In this document: positions 10,639 to 20,680 of the stretch, piece after piece
Position numbering within the stretch: position 1 is the stretch's first letter
How the letters are laid out: every line of letters begins with the position of its first letter
Virus record (IMG/VR): IMGVR_UViG_3300027969_000043
Span: 96,001 to 160,000 of that record
Direction: 5' to 3' (one strand)
Length of the DNA: 64,000 nucleotides
Source: a virus
Notes under the pieces: generated by a model
Told to the model about the DNA's origin: nothing
Database searches by the model: none
The model's input: the letters and a program-made list of their open reading frames with translations, nothing else
Position numbers and translations under genes: made by a program

Positions 10639-11487
10639 ATGAACAAAAAAAGCACAGATAGAAAACCAAAAACAAGAAGAAATGCTGATATTGAACTATC
10701 AGCATTTTCTGAATCTAACGGTGAAACAACCCCAAAAAAAGAAGTCTTATCAACAATTAGACTTGAAATAAAACATAAAAACGAGACACAAAAAAAGTTA
10801 ACACAAGCAATAAAAAAGAACGATGTTACAATATGCGCTGGACCCGCTGGTACAGGCAAAACCCTGCTTAGTGTATTTGAAGCTTTGCTATTGTTGAAAA
10901 CCTATCCAGAAAAATATAAAGAAATCAAGTTGGTTAAATCAATAACACAACTTAAAAATGAAGACCTTGGTATACTGCCTGGTGATGAGAAAGAAAAAAT
11001 GAAATTTCTCATGATGTCTTATTTAGATGCTTTTTATAAAATTATTGGCGAAGGTCTTACAAATAAACTAATTGATTCTGGGTTAATTAAAATGGAGGTT
11101 TTTGGTGCTATACGTGGAAGGTCTTTTACAAACTGCATTATATTAGTTGACGAATTTCAAAACATTACCCACGATAATGCAAAAACATTCCTAACTAGAT
11201 TTTCAGACGATACAAAGGTTATTGTTTTAGGTGATACGGGTCAAATTGATTTAAAAAATAAAAAAGATAGTTCATTAGAAAGATTAATTGAAAGGGTAAA
11301 TTTAACACCAATCGAAGGCGTTGGAGTTGTTGAATTTAATGAATCAGAAACTGTTAGACACAGACTTACTAGCTACTTTATTAACGTATTTAAAGAACCA
11401 GAACAACCCAAACAAGAACAGCAACAAAACAAAAAAAATACAAAAAAATCTATTTTTAAAAGTTTTATCGATTTATTTAAAAAATAA
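10639..11487 (+). CDS. phoH: PhoH-family ATPase
   Basis: GPAGTGKT, LGILPGD, IRGRSF, VDEFQN, LGDTGQID, VRH. Confidence 0.92.
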   Translation: MNKKSTDRKPKTRRNADIELSAFSESNGETTPKKEVLSTIRLEIKHKNETQKKLTQAIKKNDVTICAGPAGTGKTLLSVFEALLLLKTYPEKYKEIKLVKSITQLKNEDLGILPGDEKEKMKFLMMSYLDAFYKIIGEGLTNKLIDSGLIKMEVFGAIRGRSFTNCIILVDEFQNITHDNAKTFLTRFSDDTKVIVLGDTGQIDLKNKKDSSLERLIERVNLTPIEGVGVVEFNESETVRHRLTSYFINVFKEPEQPKQEQQQNKKNTKKSIFKSFIDLFKK

Positions 11488-11522
11488 CTTGACTTTATTC
11501 TTATAATTACTATCATTCTACC

Positions 11523-12125
11523 ATGAATATAGGTATATCAATAAATGAAGTTTTAAGAGATTTTTTAGGTCAGTTATTATACACATACGACAAGTATATT
11601 GAAAAAACTGATATTAAAGAAACAGAAATTACCAGTCTAAACTTAACAGAATTTTTAAAATTCGAGAGCGTAGACGAATGTAATAAGTTTTTATATTTAG
11701 AAGCACCCCTAGAAATCTTTGGCCATGCAGATTTAAAATTTGATGGCGTAATGGCTCACTTTAATAATCTTTTAATGGACATTAAAGATGAGGAAGAACA
11801 CCAAATTATTTTGGTTGGTAAAGAAATAAACAAAAGCATCCCATCAACATTTTTCTTTTTATCCAAAACTGGATGTAGAGCAGAAAAAATAAATTTTGTT
11901 CAAAACGCAATAAACGAATGGGATAATGTTGATTTATTAATTACCGCAAACCCAGATGCGCTTCAAAATAAACCGAACGGTAAAATTAGCGTAAAGGTTA
12001 AAGCACCATACAACGAAAATGTATCCGCCGATTACGAAATCGATTCTATTTTAGATTTTATTAAAGACCAAGACTTAAGAGATAAAATCATAAATTCAAA
12101 AATAACAACTTACGAAGAAATTTAA
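11523..12125 (+). CDS. HAD-like (5'-nucleotidase-type) protein with a degenerate motif I
   Basis: N-terminal IGISINEVLRD resembles IGIDIDGVLRD; C-terminal APYN. Confidence 0.5.
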   Translation: MNIGISINEVLRDFLGQLLYTYDKYIEKTDIKETEITSLNLTEFLKFESVDECNKFLYLEAPLEIFGHADLKFDGVMAHFNNLLMDIKDEEEHQIILVGKEINKSIPSTFFFLSKTGCRAEKINFVQNAINEWDNVDLLITANPDALQNKPNGKISVKVKAPYNENVSADYEIDSILDFIKDQDLRDKIINSKITTYEEI

Positions 12126-12128
12126 ACT

Positions 12129-12488
12129 ATGTTAGAATTTGGTGACTCAGTCTTTTATATAGACTTAAAAGCTTTTGACAAAGCCATTACTATTATTGAT
12201 GGTAAAAACCCAGAAGATTTAAATGTAGAAACAGAAACAAAAACAACACTAAATGAAAAAGGTGAAATTTTAATGAGTGAAGTGTTTCAAAGAACAAGCC
12301 AAAGAGGTAAAGAAATTGATGCAACAAAATATGATTTACTTAAAACATTTATTGAGTACATTATAGATTATGAAGACGAAAGCGACGACACACTAGGTGC
12401 CGACAGAGCGCTATCTCAAACACCTCTAGGATATAAAATAGTATTTAATACCTTATTAAAGGAGAATATATTAAAAGAAAAACCATAA
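12129..12488 (+). CDS. hypothetical protein
   Basis: 119-aa ORF in operon, typical codon use. Confidence 0.6.
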   Translation: MLEFGDSVFYIDLKAFDKAITIIDGKNPEDLNVETETKTTLNEKGEILMSEVFQRTSQRGKEIDATKYDLLKTFIEYIIDYEDESDDTLGADRALSQTPLGYKIVFNTLLKENILKEKP

Positions 12489-12515
12489 TAAAAAATAAAA
12501 ATAAAAAAAAAAGAA

Positions 12516-13637
12516 ATGGTAGACGAAAAAGTAAAACAAGTTAATGAGATTATTGAAAAATTAGACAAAAAAGATTTTAGTCTATATTTTTTCACACTTG
12601 ACACAAAGGGAAACCCAACAGCAGGAATTGCAAACATTTATGAGCACGTAAAAGTATTAAATGAATTGGGTTACAATGCAAAAATTTTGCATGAGAAAAA
12701 TGATTACAAATTAAGAGGTGATGAAAGTGGTATGGGTATTGCAGATTGGTTAGGTGAAGAATATGCTGCACTACCACACGCATCAATCGAAAATCAAAAT
12801 TTAAATGTTTCACCAGCTGACTTTATTGTCATCCCAGAAATATTTCCAACACTAATGGACCAAATTAAAGGATTTCCATGTAGAAAAATTGTATTATCTC
12901 AGTGTTATGATTATTTATTGGACCTTTTACCAATCGGAAAAAGATGGGAAGCCGATTATGGTTTTGGACATGTGATTACAACTAGCGATAAACAAGCTAA
13001 TTATCTAAGAAATCTTTTTCCGTCTATTAAAACACATACAATACCTGTATCAATACCAAGTTATTTCAAACCAAATGAAAAACCAAAAGTTCCAGTTATT
13101 GCAATCTTAACAAGAAATCAAGGTGATGCGGCTAAAATGGCAAAATCATTTTATTTACAATATCCAATTTACAAATGGGTTAGTTTTAAAGAATTAAGAG
13201 GTCTATCTAGACAACAATTTGCTGAGGAATTATCTAAATGTTGTTTAGCTGTATGGATTGACGATAATTCTGGATTTGGAACATTCCCAATTGAAGCTAT
13301 GGAGTGCGGAACGCCTGTTATTGGTAAAATACCAAACATGGTTCCTGAGTGGATGGAAACAATTGACGAGACTGGTAATCAAGCTATCAATAATAACGGA
13401 GTTTGGACAAACACAACACTTAATATCCCAGAATTAATTGCAACATACATGAAGGTTTGGTTTGAAGATTCAGTACCATCTGATTTAATCGAATCAATTA
13501 AAAAATCTACTGGTTTATATTCACCTGAAAAACAAAAAGAAACAATTGAACGCGTATACGGTCAACTAATTGAAGAAAGAATACAAGAATTTAATAACAT
13601 TTTAAAAGCTCAAACAGCTGTAGAAGAAAGTAAATAA
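12516..13637 (+). CDS. GT-B (GT4-like) glycosyltransferase
   Basis: AGIANIYEH, IPE, SGFGTFPIEAMECGTPVIG. Confidence 0.8.
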   Translation: MVDEKVKQVNEIIEKLDKKDFSLYFFTLDTKGNPTAGIANIYEHVKVLNELGYNAKILHEKNDYKLRGDESGMGIADWLGEEYAALPHASIENQNLNVSPADFIVIPEIFPTLMDQIKGFPCRKIVLSQCYDYLLDLLPIGKRWEADYGFGHVITTSDKQANYLRNLFPSIKTHTIPVSIPSYFKPNEKPKVPVIAILTRNQGDAAKMAKSFYLQYPIYKWVSFKELRGLSRQQFAEELSKCCLAVWIDDNSGFGTFPIEAMECGTPVIGKIPNMVPEWMETIDETGNQAINNNGVWTNTTLNIPELIATYMKVWFEDSVPSDLIESIKKSTGLYSPEKQKETIERVYGQLIEERIQEFNNILKAQTAVEESK

Positions 13638-13646
13638 TTTAAAAAT

Positions 13647-14450
13647 ATGAAAAAAAGTAACTCAAATATCTCGGTAATCTTACCTGTACACGAATTAACC
13701 GAAGAAACAAAACCAATGTTTTTAAACGCCATTAAAAGCGTTGAACAACAAACTGTAAAACCTGATGAATTAGTTATTGTAATTCCAAAAGGTAGCGGTA
13801 TTGCTAAATATATCAAAACCGTAGATTTCGGCGAAATAAAAGAAATCGTGTCGGTTGTTGAAAATGACGGTGAAACTGATTTTGCTAGCCAAATAAATTA
13901 CGGTGTATCTAAAGCAAAATCTGAATGGGTTTCATTCTTAGAATTAGATGACGAATATGCTAACATCTGGTTTAAAAATGTTTTAGAATACACAAAGGCT
14001 CATACCAATGTTGAATTGTTTATGCCACTTGTTGTTGATGTAGATGCAAATGGCTCATTTGTTGGGTTTACTAACGAAGCTGTTTGGGCAACTGGATTCT
14101 CAGACGAATTAGGTGTGTTAGATTTAAACGCATTATTAATGTATCAGAATTTTAATATTGATGGTATTGTTGTTAAAAAATCTATATTTGAATCATATGG
14201 TGGATTTAAACCTAGTATTAAATTAACATTTATATATGAATTCTTATTAAGAATGACATTTAAAGATGTTAAGGTAATGACAATTCCTAGATTTGGATAC
14301 AAACACGTAAATCAAAGACCTGGTTCTTTATTTGATAATTACAAAAATACAATTGACCCAGCTGAAGCTAGATGGTGGTTAAGTCAAGCAAAAAAAGAAT
14401 ATTATTTCGATAAAGATAGAAAAATAACGTATGAAACACAAAAAGTGTAA
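13647..14450 (+). CDS. glycosyltransferase family 2
   Basis: ISVILPVH, SVEQQT, INYGV, FLELDDE, YGGF. Confidence 0.8.
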   Translation: MKKSNSNISVILPVHELTEETKPMFLNAIKSVEQQTVKPDELVIVIPKGSGIAKYIKTVDFGEIKEIVSVVENDGETDFASQINYGVSKAKSEWVSFLELDDEYANIWFKNVLEYTKAHTNVELFMPLVVDVDANGSFVGFTNEAVWATGFSDELGVLDLNALLMYQNFNIDGIVVKKSIFESYGGFKPSIKLTFIYEFLLRMTFKDVKVMTIPRFGYKHVNQRPGSLFDNYKNTIDPAEARWWLSQAKKEYYFDKDRKITYETQKV

Positions 14451-15179
14451 ATGGTTAGCAAAAGAGGACGCAAAAGAAAGAATGAAATGTATTTTGGTCC
14501 AGACGAAGAAAATGCCGTTAACGAATACTTAGCATCAACTGATGATACCGAAAGAAACTTGATTTACAACAAATGGTTAAAAGAGCCATTGGATAAAATG
14601 ATAGAATCTATTATTAGAAAATATAAATTATATAGAAAGGGTGAAACGTTTGAAGATTTACACAGCGACACCCTTTCATTTCTAATGACAAAAGCACATA
14701 AGTTTGAACATGGTAGAGGTAAAAAAGCATATTCTTACTATGGCACGATATGTAAACATTATATTTTAGGATTATTAATCAAGGATGAAAAGTATATTAA
14801 ACAAACAGCATCCTATGAAGATATATCTTCCGACTTAGAAGAACGTAAAGAGTTAAGCTATGTTATTGATGAAGATGATTTTCAAATGGATGAGTTTTTT
14901 AAAAAACTTACAAATGGTATCAAGGATGAATTAGACGATGAGAACTTACCACCAAAAAAACGATTAACCGAAAATGAAAAAAAAGTAGGTCAATCCCTGA
15001 TTGAAATATTACAAAATTGGGAAACATCGTTTGATGCTATGAGTGGTGGTTCTAAATATAATAAAAACTCCGTACTAGAAACCATGCGAAACTACACCAA
15101 TCTATCAACCAAAGATATAAGATTGGCTATGAGAAGATTTAAAGAGTTATACGAATTTTTAAAATTCAAAACCCTGTAA
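14451..15179 (+). CDS. gp55: phage sigma factor, T4 gp55-like (late transcription)
   Basis: Region-2-like EDLHSDTLSFLMTKAHKFEHGRGKKAYSYYGTICKH; position before structural genes. Confidence 0.7.
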   Translation: MVSKRGRKRKNEMYFGPDEENAVNEYLASTDDTERNLIYNKWLKEPLDKMIESIIRKYKLYRKGETFEDLHSDTLSFLMTKAHKFEHGRGKKAYSYYGTICKHYILGLLIKDEKYIKQTASYEDISSDLEERKELSYVIDEDDFQMDEFFKKLTNGIKDELDDENLPPKKRLTENEKKVGQSLIEILQNWETSFDAMSGGSKYNKNSVLETMRNYTNLSTKDIRLAMRRFKELYEFLKFKTL

Positions 15180-15203
15180 ACGTATTTAAAAATCTTTTAC
15201 TTA

Positions 15204-15211
15204 ATATTTAT
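15204..15211 (+). promoter_or_regulatory. candidate late promoter motif ATATTTAT
   Basis: Recurrent motif, 16 nt before ATG 15228. Confidence 0.65.
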
Positions 15212-15227
15212 ATAAAAATATATTATC

Positions 15228-15611
15228 ATGCCAAGGAAAAAAAAACAAGATGTAAAAGTAAATGACGTTGAAAGCTTAGAGGGTTTAATGCAAGAAACTT
15301 ACAATGATGCGTGTCTACAAATAAATGATGCTCAACGAAGCATAAATGAATTAGCATCAAGCGCCACACCACAAGATGTAGACGATTTAACAAAAATAGC
15401 TAAAGAAAAAGGTGGTCTTTTAAAGGTAAAAGATTCTGCGATTAGAATTAAACTAGAATTAGCAAAACTACAAAGCGATATACTTAAAAATAGAGGCGAT
15501 GCCGAAACAGCAATTCAAGAAAGAACTGATGGCAAAGCGTCTTTAAATGATTTTAAATCAATTAGGGAAATGCTTAAAAACGATAAGGATATTGAGAACC
15601 AACAAGATTAA
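15228..15611 (+). CDS. hypothetical coiled-coil protein
   Basis: 127-aa ORF after the late-type motif. Confidence 0.65.
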   Translation: MPRKKKQDVKVNDVESLEGLMQETYNDACLQINDAQRSINELASSATPQDVDDLTKIAKEKGGLLKVKDSAIRIKLELAKLQSDILKNRGDAETAIQERTDGKASLNDFKSIREMLKNDKDIENQQD

Positions 15612-15613
15612 TA

Positions 15614-17128
15614 ATGTCTAATTTAGTCAAAAAAAAGCAAATATTTGGTAACATTGCGGCAGACAGGACGATTACTGAGGGTATGCCAAAATTAAAGACT
15701 ACCTCATCAATGCCATCAATTAATAACACTGGCAATGTGGTTGCTTTTTTAACAGATTTAATCAAGGCGCTTGATGGTTATGAAGAACTAGTAGATACTG
15801 TAATTGATACAATCACAAAATATCTTGGTACAATTGAAACCGAGATAAAAAATGCGCTTCAACTAGAATTAAAAGCTATCGTAAGCTGTGGTGTCAACCC
15901 TAGCCTACCCGATTATATTAAATCAACAGGTAACGGGATAAAATTTACTGTTGATAAGATAGATTTTACAAACATATTAAAAATTGACCCAAGTTCAACT
16001 GCTGGTGGACTTATTTATACCGATTTAACACCAAATCTAATTGATAGCAAAGATTTTAATACTTTTTTATACCAAGTAATACAAAATGATGGGTCTGTTA
16101 ATGGATGGGGTCATCAAACAACGGGTGCTGACATATTAACGTTTCAGTTTAAATCTGTTGACATTGCGGGTATAGACCCAAACAATACTCTAACTATTAA
16201 AGCGGCTCAATCATATGATAATAAATCATTAAGCGACATAAACAATAATTTTATAAATAGTGTGACACTATTTGATTCAGCAAAACTATTAACAAAACTA
16301 GTTGATAATATATTTGGTACTGTATCTAACCTAGCAAAAACATCAAAAAACTTTTTAGAGAGTAAATCAAAAACAAATTTTATTATTAATAAAATTACAA
16401 ATACCGAGGGTAATGATATACTTTCAGACAATTTTTTTGATTTTTCAAATAAAGATAAAAAATTTTTTGAAGACGAAGCTAATTTATGGAAACAAGGAAA
16501 AGCCATATATAAAACATCTGGCGAATTCACTTCACAAATATCAGATGTATCATTAAAAAATATGACCAAATCTGTTTCTGGTGCAACAACCGAAGCAGCA
16601 AAAAAAGATGCGATAAAAAAATCTTTAAACGACTTAACAAATCAAATTACAAAAGCGTCAAATGATGCAACCAAATTGATTAACAATAGAAACAATCAAT
16701 TAAAAAAATTAAGTAATAAACTTGATTCTTTTAGTAAAATTAAAATTGACCATAAAGCATTAAGCTTAAATTTTATTCAACAAATTATAAATGATTTTGT
16801 TAAAGTTATTGTTAATGTTTTATTATCGCCAAAGATTGTTACAATATTTCTTTTAAATTTTAAAATTATATACGGCCCAAACGAAACATTTTCAGACCCA
16901 ATTGATTTTATCAAAAAAAATAGAAATTTAGTTAAAAATGTTGTAAAAAGAGTAAGTGGTATTATAATAAAAATATTATTAAAAAAAGTAATAAAAAGAA
17001 TAACAAAGTTAATTGCAGAATCTAGACTTAAAAAAGAAATTGATAAAAACAAAGCAAAAGTAACACAATTGTTAAGTTTAGTTGGCGTTCCGCAAGATGT
17101 ACTTAGACAAATAAACGGACTTATATGA
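15614..17128 (+). CDS. hypothetical protein, probably virion/baseplate-associated
   Basis: 504-aa ORF in operon with a gp5-like gene. Confidence 0.6.
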   Translation: MSNLVKKKQIFGNIAADRTITEGMPKLKTTSSMPSINNTGNVVAFLTDLIKALDGYEELVDTVIDTITKYLGTIETEIKNALQLELKAIVSCGVNPSLPDYIKSTGNGIKFTVDKIDFTNILKIDPSSTAGGLIYTDLTPNLIDSKDFNTFLYQVIQNDGSVNGWGHQTTGADILTFQFKSVDIAGIDPNNTLTIKAAQSYDNKSLSDINNNFINSVTLFDSAKLLTKLVDNIFGTVSNLAKTSKNFLESKSKTNFIINKITNTEGNDILSDNFFDFSNKDKKFFEDEANLWKQGKAIYKTSGEFTSQISDVSLKNMTKSVSGATTEAAKKDAIKKSLNDLTNQITKASNDATKLINNRNNQLKKLSNKLDSFSKIKIDHKALSLNFIQQIINDFVKVIVNVLLSPKIVTIFLLNFKIIYGPNETFSDPIDFIKKNRNLVKNVVKRVSGIIIKILLKKVIKRITKLIAESRLKKEIDKNKAKVTQLLSLVGVPQDVLRQINGLI

Positions 17129-17574
17129 GTGATGCTAACACAGAAAAAAAATCAGAATTTTCAACTGATGATTTAAATTTTAACTCTATTGGTAGTGTAC
17201 TAGATTTAATATTATCAGCCTTTAAATTACAAAAACCTCCAATCGAGGCATTACCACCACCATTATTATTAGCTGGCGGTCAATTACGCCCAGGCGTAAC
17301 CGCAACCGAAGTAGCCGCTAGAATAATATCTAGACAATCCGAATCGGGTGCGCTTGTTGGTGATGTTTTTGCTGATGGAGATAATATTGCTCAAGCAATG
17401 GAGTTAATTAGAATTCAAGAAATAATGGACTCCCTATTAACCGAAGGCAAAATAGAAGTTATAATACCACCTGGGATACCTGTACAAACACTTGGAATTG
17501 GTAATCTCGGTGCACCAGTCGCTTCATTTGGCGCAACTACAACATTTGCATCTGGATGGGGTGTTTTACGTTAA
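17125..17574 (+). CDS. hypothetical structural protein
   Basis: ATGA overlap; Pro/Gly-rich; context. Confidence 0.6.
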   Translation: MSDANTEKKSEFSTDDLNFNSIGSVLDLILSAFKLQKPPIEALPPPLLLAGGQLRPGVTATEVAARIISRQSESGALVGDVFADGDNIAQAMELIRIQEIMDSLLTEGKIEVIIPPGIPVQTLGIGNLGAPVASFGATTTFASGWGVLR

Positions 17575-17584
17575 AAAAATTTTT

Positions 17585-17788
17585 ATGGAAAAAAATGAAA
17601 AAAAATCTTTGTTTGAAGAATTAGAAGAAAAATCTAATAATGAAATTTTATTTGAAATCAAACAAATGGAGGCTGACCACGAAGCCTTAAAATTAAAAAT
17701 GATAAAAGATTACGATAAATTAATCGAAATCGAAAAAAAATTTGAAAGAGCAAATTTAATATTACTTAAAAGATTAAAAGGGGAATAA
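17585..17788 (+). CDS. small coiled-coil hypothetical protein
   Basis: ATG at 17585 (MEKNEKK) preferred over the track's TTG at 17492, which lies inside the previous gene. Confidence 0.55.
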   Translation: MEKNEKKSLFEELEEKSNNEILFEIKQMEADHEALKLKMIKDYDKLIEIEKKFERANLILLKRLKGE

Positions 17789-17789
17789 T

Positions 17790-18755
17790 ATGGGTGCCGA
17801 AAATAAATATATTACCAACCTACCAACCGTACTATCCGAAGTAAGCAAAGTCAGAACGGTTCAACTAGGTATTGTTGCAAGTGTTGAAGACCCAAATGGG
17901 TTAGGTAGAATAAAAATTAGAATTCCAGGCCAACCAAACGTTGGCGGTGACGCTGATTCAACAATTGACGAATTACCGTGGGCAACCCCAATGGAATCAA
18001 AATTTTTTACCAGCCAACCAAAAGTTGGTGAAGGTGTTTTTGTATTAACATTTAGTAATCAAAAAGCCCATTCTGATAGATTATATTTTGGGCCGATAAT
18101 ATCACAGCTAGACAAATTAAATTTTGATTCATTAAATGTAACTGGTTTAAATTCTTTTACATTTGGTACAACAACCCCAAATGTTTCAATGAATAGAATT
18201 CCAGCAATAAAGGGTGTTTTCCCAAAACAAGATGATATCTCGGTACAGGGTAGATACAACACTGATATTATACTAAGAAAAAATGAAATATTAATACGCG
18301 CTGGTAAATTTGTTGAATCAAAAGCCGATATAAATAATCCATACCCATTTCAATTTAATAATACAACACAAGGATTTATTCAAATTAAAAATAATGTTAA
18401 TTTAGTTAGGGATGGTCAAGATTTGGGTAGCGTAACAAATATTGTTGGTAGTAAAATCAATTTAATCACACATAAAGATGGTACCCCTAGATTTAATGTT
18501 ATGAATCAAGATTCACAAGTTAGTGATGAAGAAATTCTAAACATTCTTGAAAATGCACACCCACTACCATTTGGCGATTTACTTGTTGAATATTTAAGAC
18601 TCCTAAAAAATGCGTTTTTAAACCACGTACACAATTACCATGGCATACCACCAACCGATTTAACCGTCGGAGTAACACTTCCAGTTAAAGAATTTAATGA
18701 TAAAGCTGAAGACCTAGAAAGTAGAATGTTATCGAAGAATATCCGCATAAATTAA
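17790..18755 (+). CDS. baseplate hub/spike protein (gp5 / gpV N-terminal OB-fold-like)
   Basis: GIVASVEDPNGLGRIKIRIPG...LPWA...PKVGEGV; C-terminal NHVH metal-binding tip motif. Confidence 0.75.
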   Translation: MGAENKYITNLPTVLSEVSKVRTVQLGIVASVEDPNGLGRIKIRIPGQPNVGGDADSTIDELPWATPMESKFFTSQPKVGEGVFVLTFSNQKAHSDRLYFGPIISQLDKLNFDSLNVTGLNSFTFGTTTPNVSMNRIPAIKGVFPKQDDISVQGRYNTDIILRKNEILIRAGKFVESKADINNPYPFQFNNTTQGFIQIKNNVNLVRDGQDLGSVTNIVGSKINLITHKDGTPRFNVMNQDSQVSDEEILNILENAHPLPFGDLLVEYLRLLKNAFLNHVHNYHGIPPTDLTVGVTLPVKEFNDKAEDLESRMLSKNIRIN

Positions 18756-18764
18756 TATTACCAG

Positions 18765-18772
18765 ATATTTAT
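18765..18772 (+). promoter_or_regulatory. candidate late promoter motif ATATTTAT
   Basis: 12 nt before ATG 18785. Confidence 0.65.
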
Positions 18773-18784
18773 TAATAAAAAGAA

Positions 18785-20191
18785 ATGGTAATTAGAACAT
18801 TTTTCGACAAGAATAATACCATAGTTAGAAATGAAGTTGTTAATACAGCTAGAAACCCAGTAACCGAATTATTTTACGGTGGGCCTACTGGTGAAAACAA
18901 ATATAGCCGTTACTTATTTCATTTTGATGAAACTAGATTAGTCAACATGTATGATAATGGTACATTTACTGATTTAACTAAACTAAAACACACATTAAAA
19001 CTAACTAATACAGCGTCATTTGACGAAGGGTTATTAAATGGTTCGTATCAATCAAAAGAAAGAGCGTGCTCATTCGACCTAATTGTTTTTAAAGTGGGTC
19101 AAGAGTGGGACGAAGGTGTTGGTTATGACTATTTATCCTGTAACCTGCTAACTGGCGATTGTGCTATATCAACAAAACCATCAACATGGGTTAATCCACA
19201 AACTGGTATAGTTTGGACTGGCGGTTCTGGTGTCTACTCAGGTTCACCAAGTGGGTTAACAATTGCAACACAACATTTTGATTTAGGTAATGAAAACCTA
19301 GAAGTTGATATTACAGATTACGTTAATGGTGTTATGACAGGAAACACAAATAATGGACTAGGTATAGCATACGCTCTCCCGTTTGAAATAACAAGTACAC
19401 AAAATATGCAATACGTTGGTTTTTTTACCAAATATACACAAACATTTTACGAGCCATACATTGAAACCATATATAGCAATTACATAACAGACGATAGAAA
19501 TAATTTCTTTTTGGATAAACCAAATAAACTTTATCTATACGTTAACGTAGCTGGAAACCCAACAAATTTAGATAACCTACCAACAGTATCAATACTTGAC
19601 GAAAACGGTGTAGCGTATACCTTTATTGAATCATCTGGTGTAACGCACGTAACAAAAGGTGTTTATTCAGTTGATTTAACAATTCCATCTGGGGATGGTG
19701 AAATAGGAACATTATTTAATGATGTTTGGCAGGATTTAGTAATCAACGGGGTTTCTAGACCAGATGTTAATCTCTATTTTGAATTAAAAGATAGTTTTGG
19801 TTATTATAACCTAGGCGACAGTGATTCGTTACCGAAAAAAGTAGCTGTATCGATATCTGGGGTTAGAAACCAAGAAAAAATAAAAAGGGGTGACACTAGA
19901 AAAGTAATTGTATCAACTAGAATACCATATACCATAGAACAAACACAAAACATATCAAATATAAAATATAGAATATATGTAACCGAAGGTAAAAATGAAC
20001 TAACCGTAGTTGATTTTCAACCTGTTGAACTAGCATCTAATTATAATTATTTCTTATTAGACACCCTAAGCCTAATTCCAAATGTATATTATTTAGATAT
20101 GTTAGTTGAATCTAATTTAGAGGTAACAACGTTAAAAAATGTTTTAAATTTTACTATTGTTAGCGAATCAAACTTAAGACAATCACAATGA
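18785..20191 (+). CDS. virion structural protein (beta-rich)
   Basis: SRYLFHFD, WDEGVG, DITDYV, NNGLGI, FFTKYT..P; late-type motif upstream. Confidence 0.6.
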   Translation: MVIRTFFDKNNTIVRNEVVNTARNPVTELFYGGPTGENKYSRYLFHFDETRLVNMYDNGTFTDLTKLKHTLKLTNTASFDEGLLNGSYQSKERACSFDLIVFKVGQEWDEGVGYDYLSCNLLTGDCAISTKPSTWVNPQTGIVWTGGSGVYSGSPSGLTIATQHFDLGNENLEVDITDYVNGVMTGNTNNGLGIAYALPFEITSTQNMQYVGFFTKYTQTFYEPYIETIYSNYITDDRNNFFLDKPNKLYLYVNVAGNPTNLDNLPTVSILDENGVAYTFIESSGVTHVTKGVYSVDLTIPSGDGEIGTLFNDVWQDLVINGVSRPDVNLYFELKDSFGYYNLGDSDSLPKKVAVSISGVRNQEKIKRGDTRKVIVSTRIPYTIEQTQNISNIKYRIYVTEGKNELTVVDFQPVELASNYNYFLLDTLSLIPNVYYLDMLVESNLEVTTLKNVLNFTIVSESNLRQSQ

Positions 20192-20541
20192 TGAAAGAAT
20201 TTATAAGAGAAAACTTAAGACTTAATACCCTTATTACAGAGAAAATAATTGACGGCCAAAAAATGAATCCGCAATTACAAACATTATGTAACACAATGAG
20301 TGTGAGAAGTTACCATGAAGTTTTGGGTAGACTCATTGCTGCTATTGGACACCCAGAAGAAAACCATGAATTATGGGCTAAGATAAAAAAACCCCTAGAT
20401 ATGCTTGAAAAAGCTAGCAAAGATTTAAATAAAGAAAAAAAAGAAAATGGTATGACAGGTGATTCAGAAGTAGACGAAGCAAATACTTGGTGGTCCGCAA
20501 TACAATCAACTCTTTGTGAACAAGGTCCAGAATTTCAATAA
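20188..20541 (+). CDS. hypothetical protein with an N-terminal LxE leader (candidate head cargo)
   Basis: MMKEFIRENLRLNTLITE. Confidence 0.55.
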   Translation: MMKEFIRENLRLNTLITEKIIDGQKMNPQLQTLCNTMSVRSYHEVLGRLIAAIGHPEENHELWAKIKKPLDMLEKASKDLNKEKKENGMTGDSEVDEANTWWSAIQSTLCEQGPEFQ

Positions 20542-20594
20542 TTAACTTTACATTTTTTTATTTTTTATTATATTTATTTTATACGTTAACTCAC

Positions 20595-20650
20595 GTATTG
20601 GTATCGAGCTATAAGCTTTAGAGTTGTCTAGGCAACAAAGATATTAGTAC
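20595..20650 (+). ncRNA. candidate structured cis-regulatory RNA (three-way junction) in a 5' UTR
   Basis: 11-bp P1 (GTATTGGTATC/GATATTAGTAC, 3 G-U pairs) enclosing hairpins GAGCT-ATA-AGCTT and GTTGT-CTAG-GCAAC. Confidence 0.45.
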
Positions 20651-20680
20651 ATAATAACAAAAATTAAAAGTTAAAAAAAA

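Noticed and set aside
20595-20650. Assignment of the three-way junction to a hammerhead ribozyme or SAM-I riboswitch
   Set aside because: Lacks the CUGANGA/GAAA hammerhead core and is too small for the SAM-I four-way architecture, despite AUC..GAU in P1
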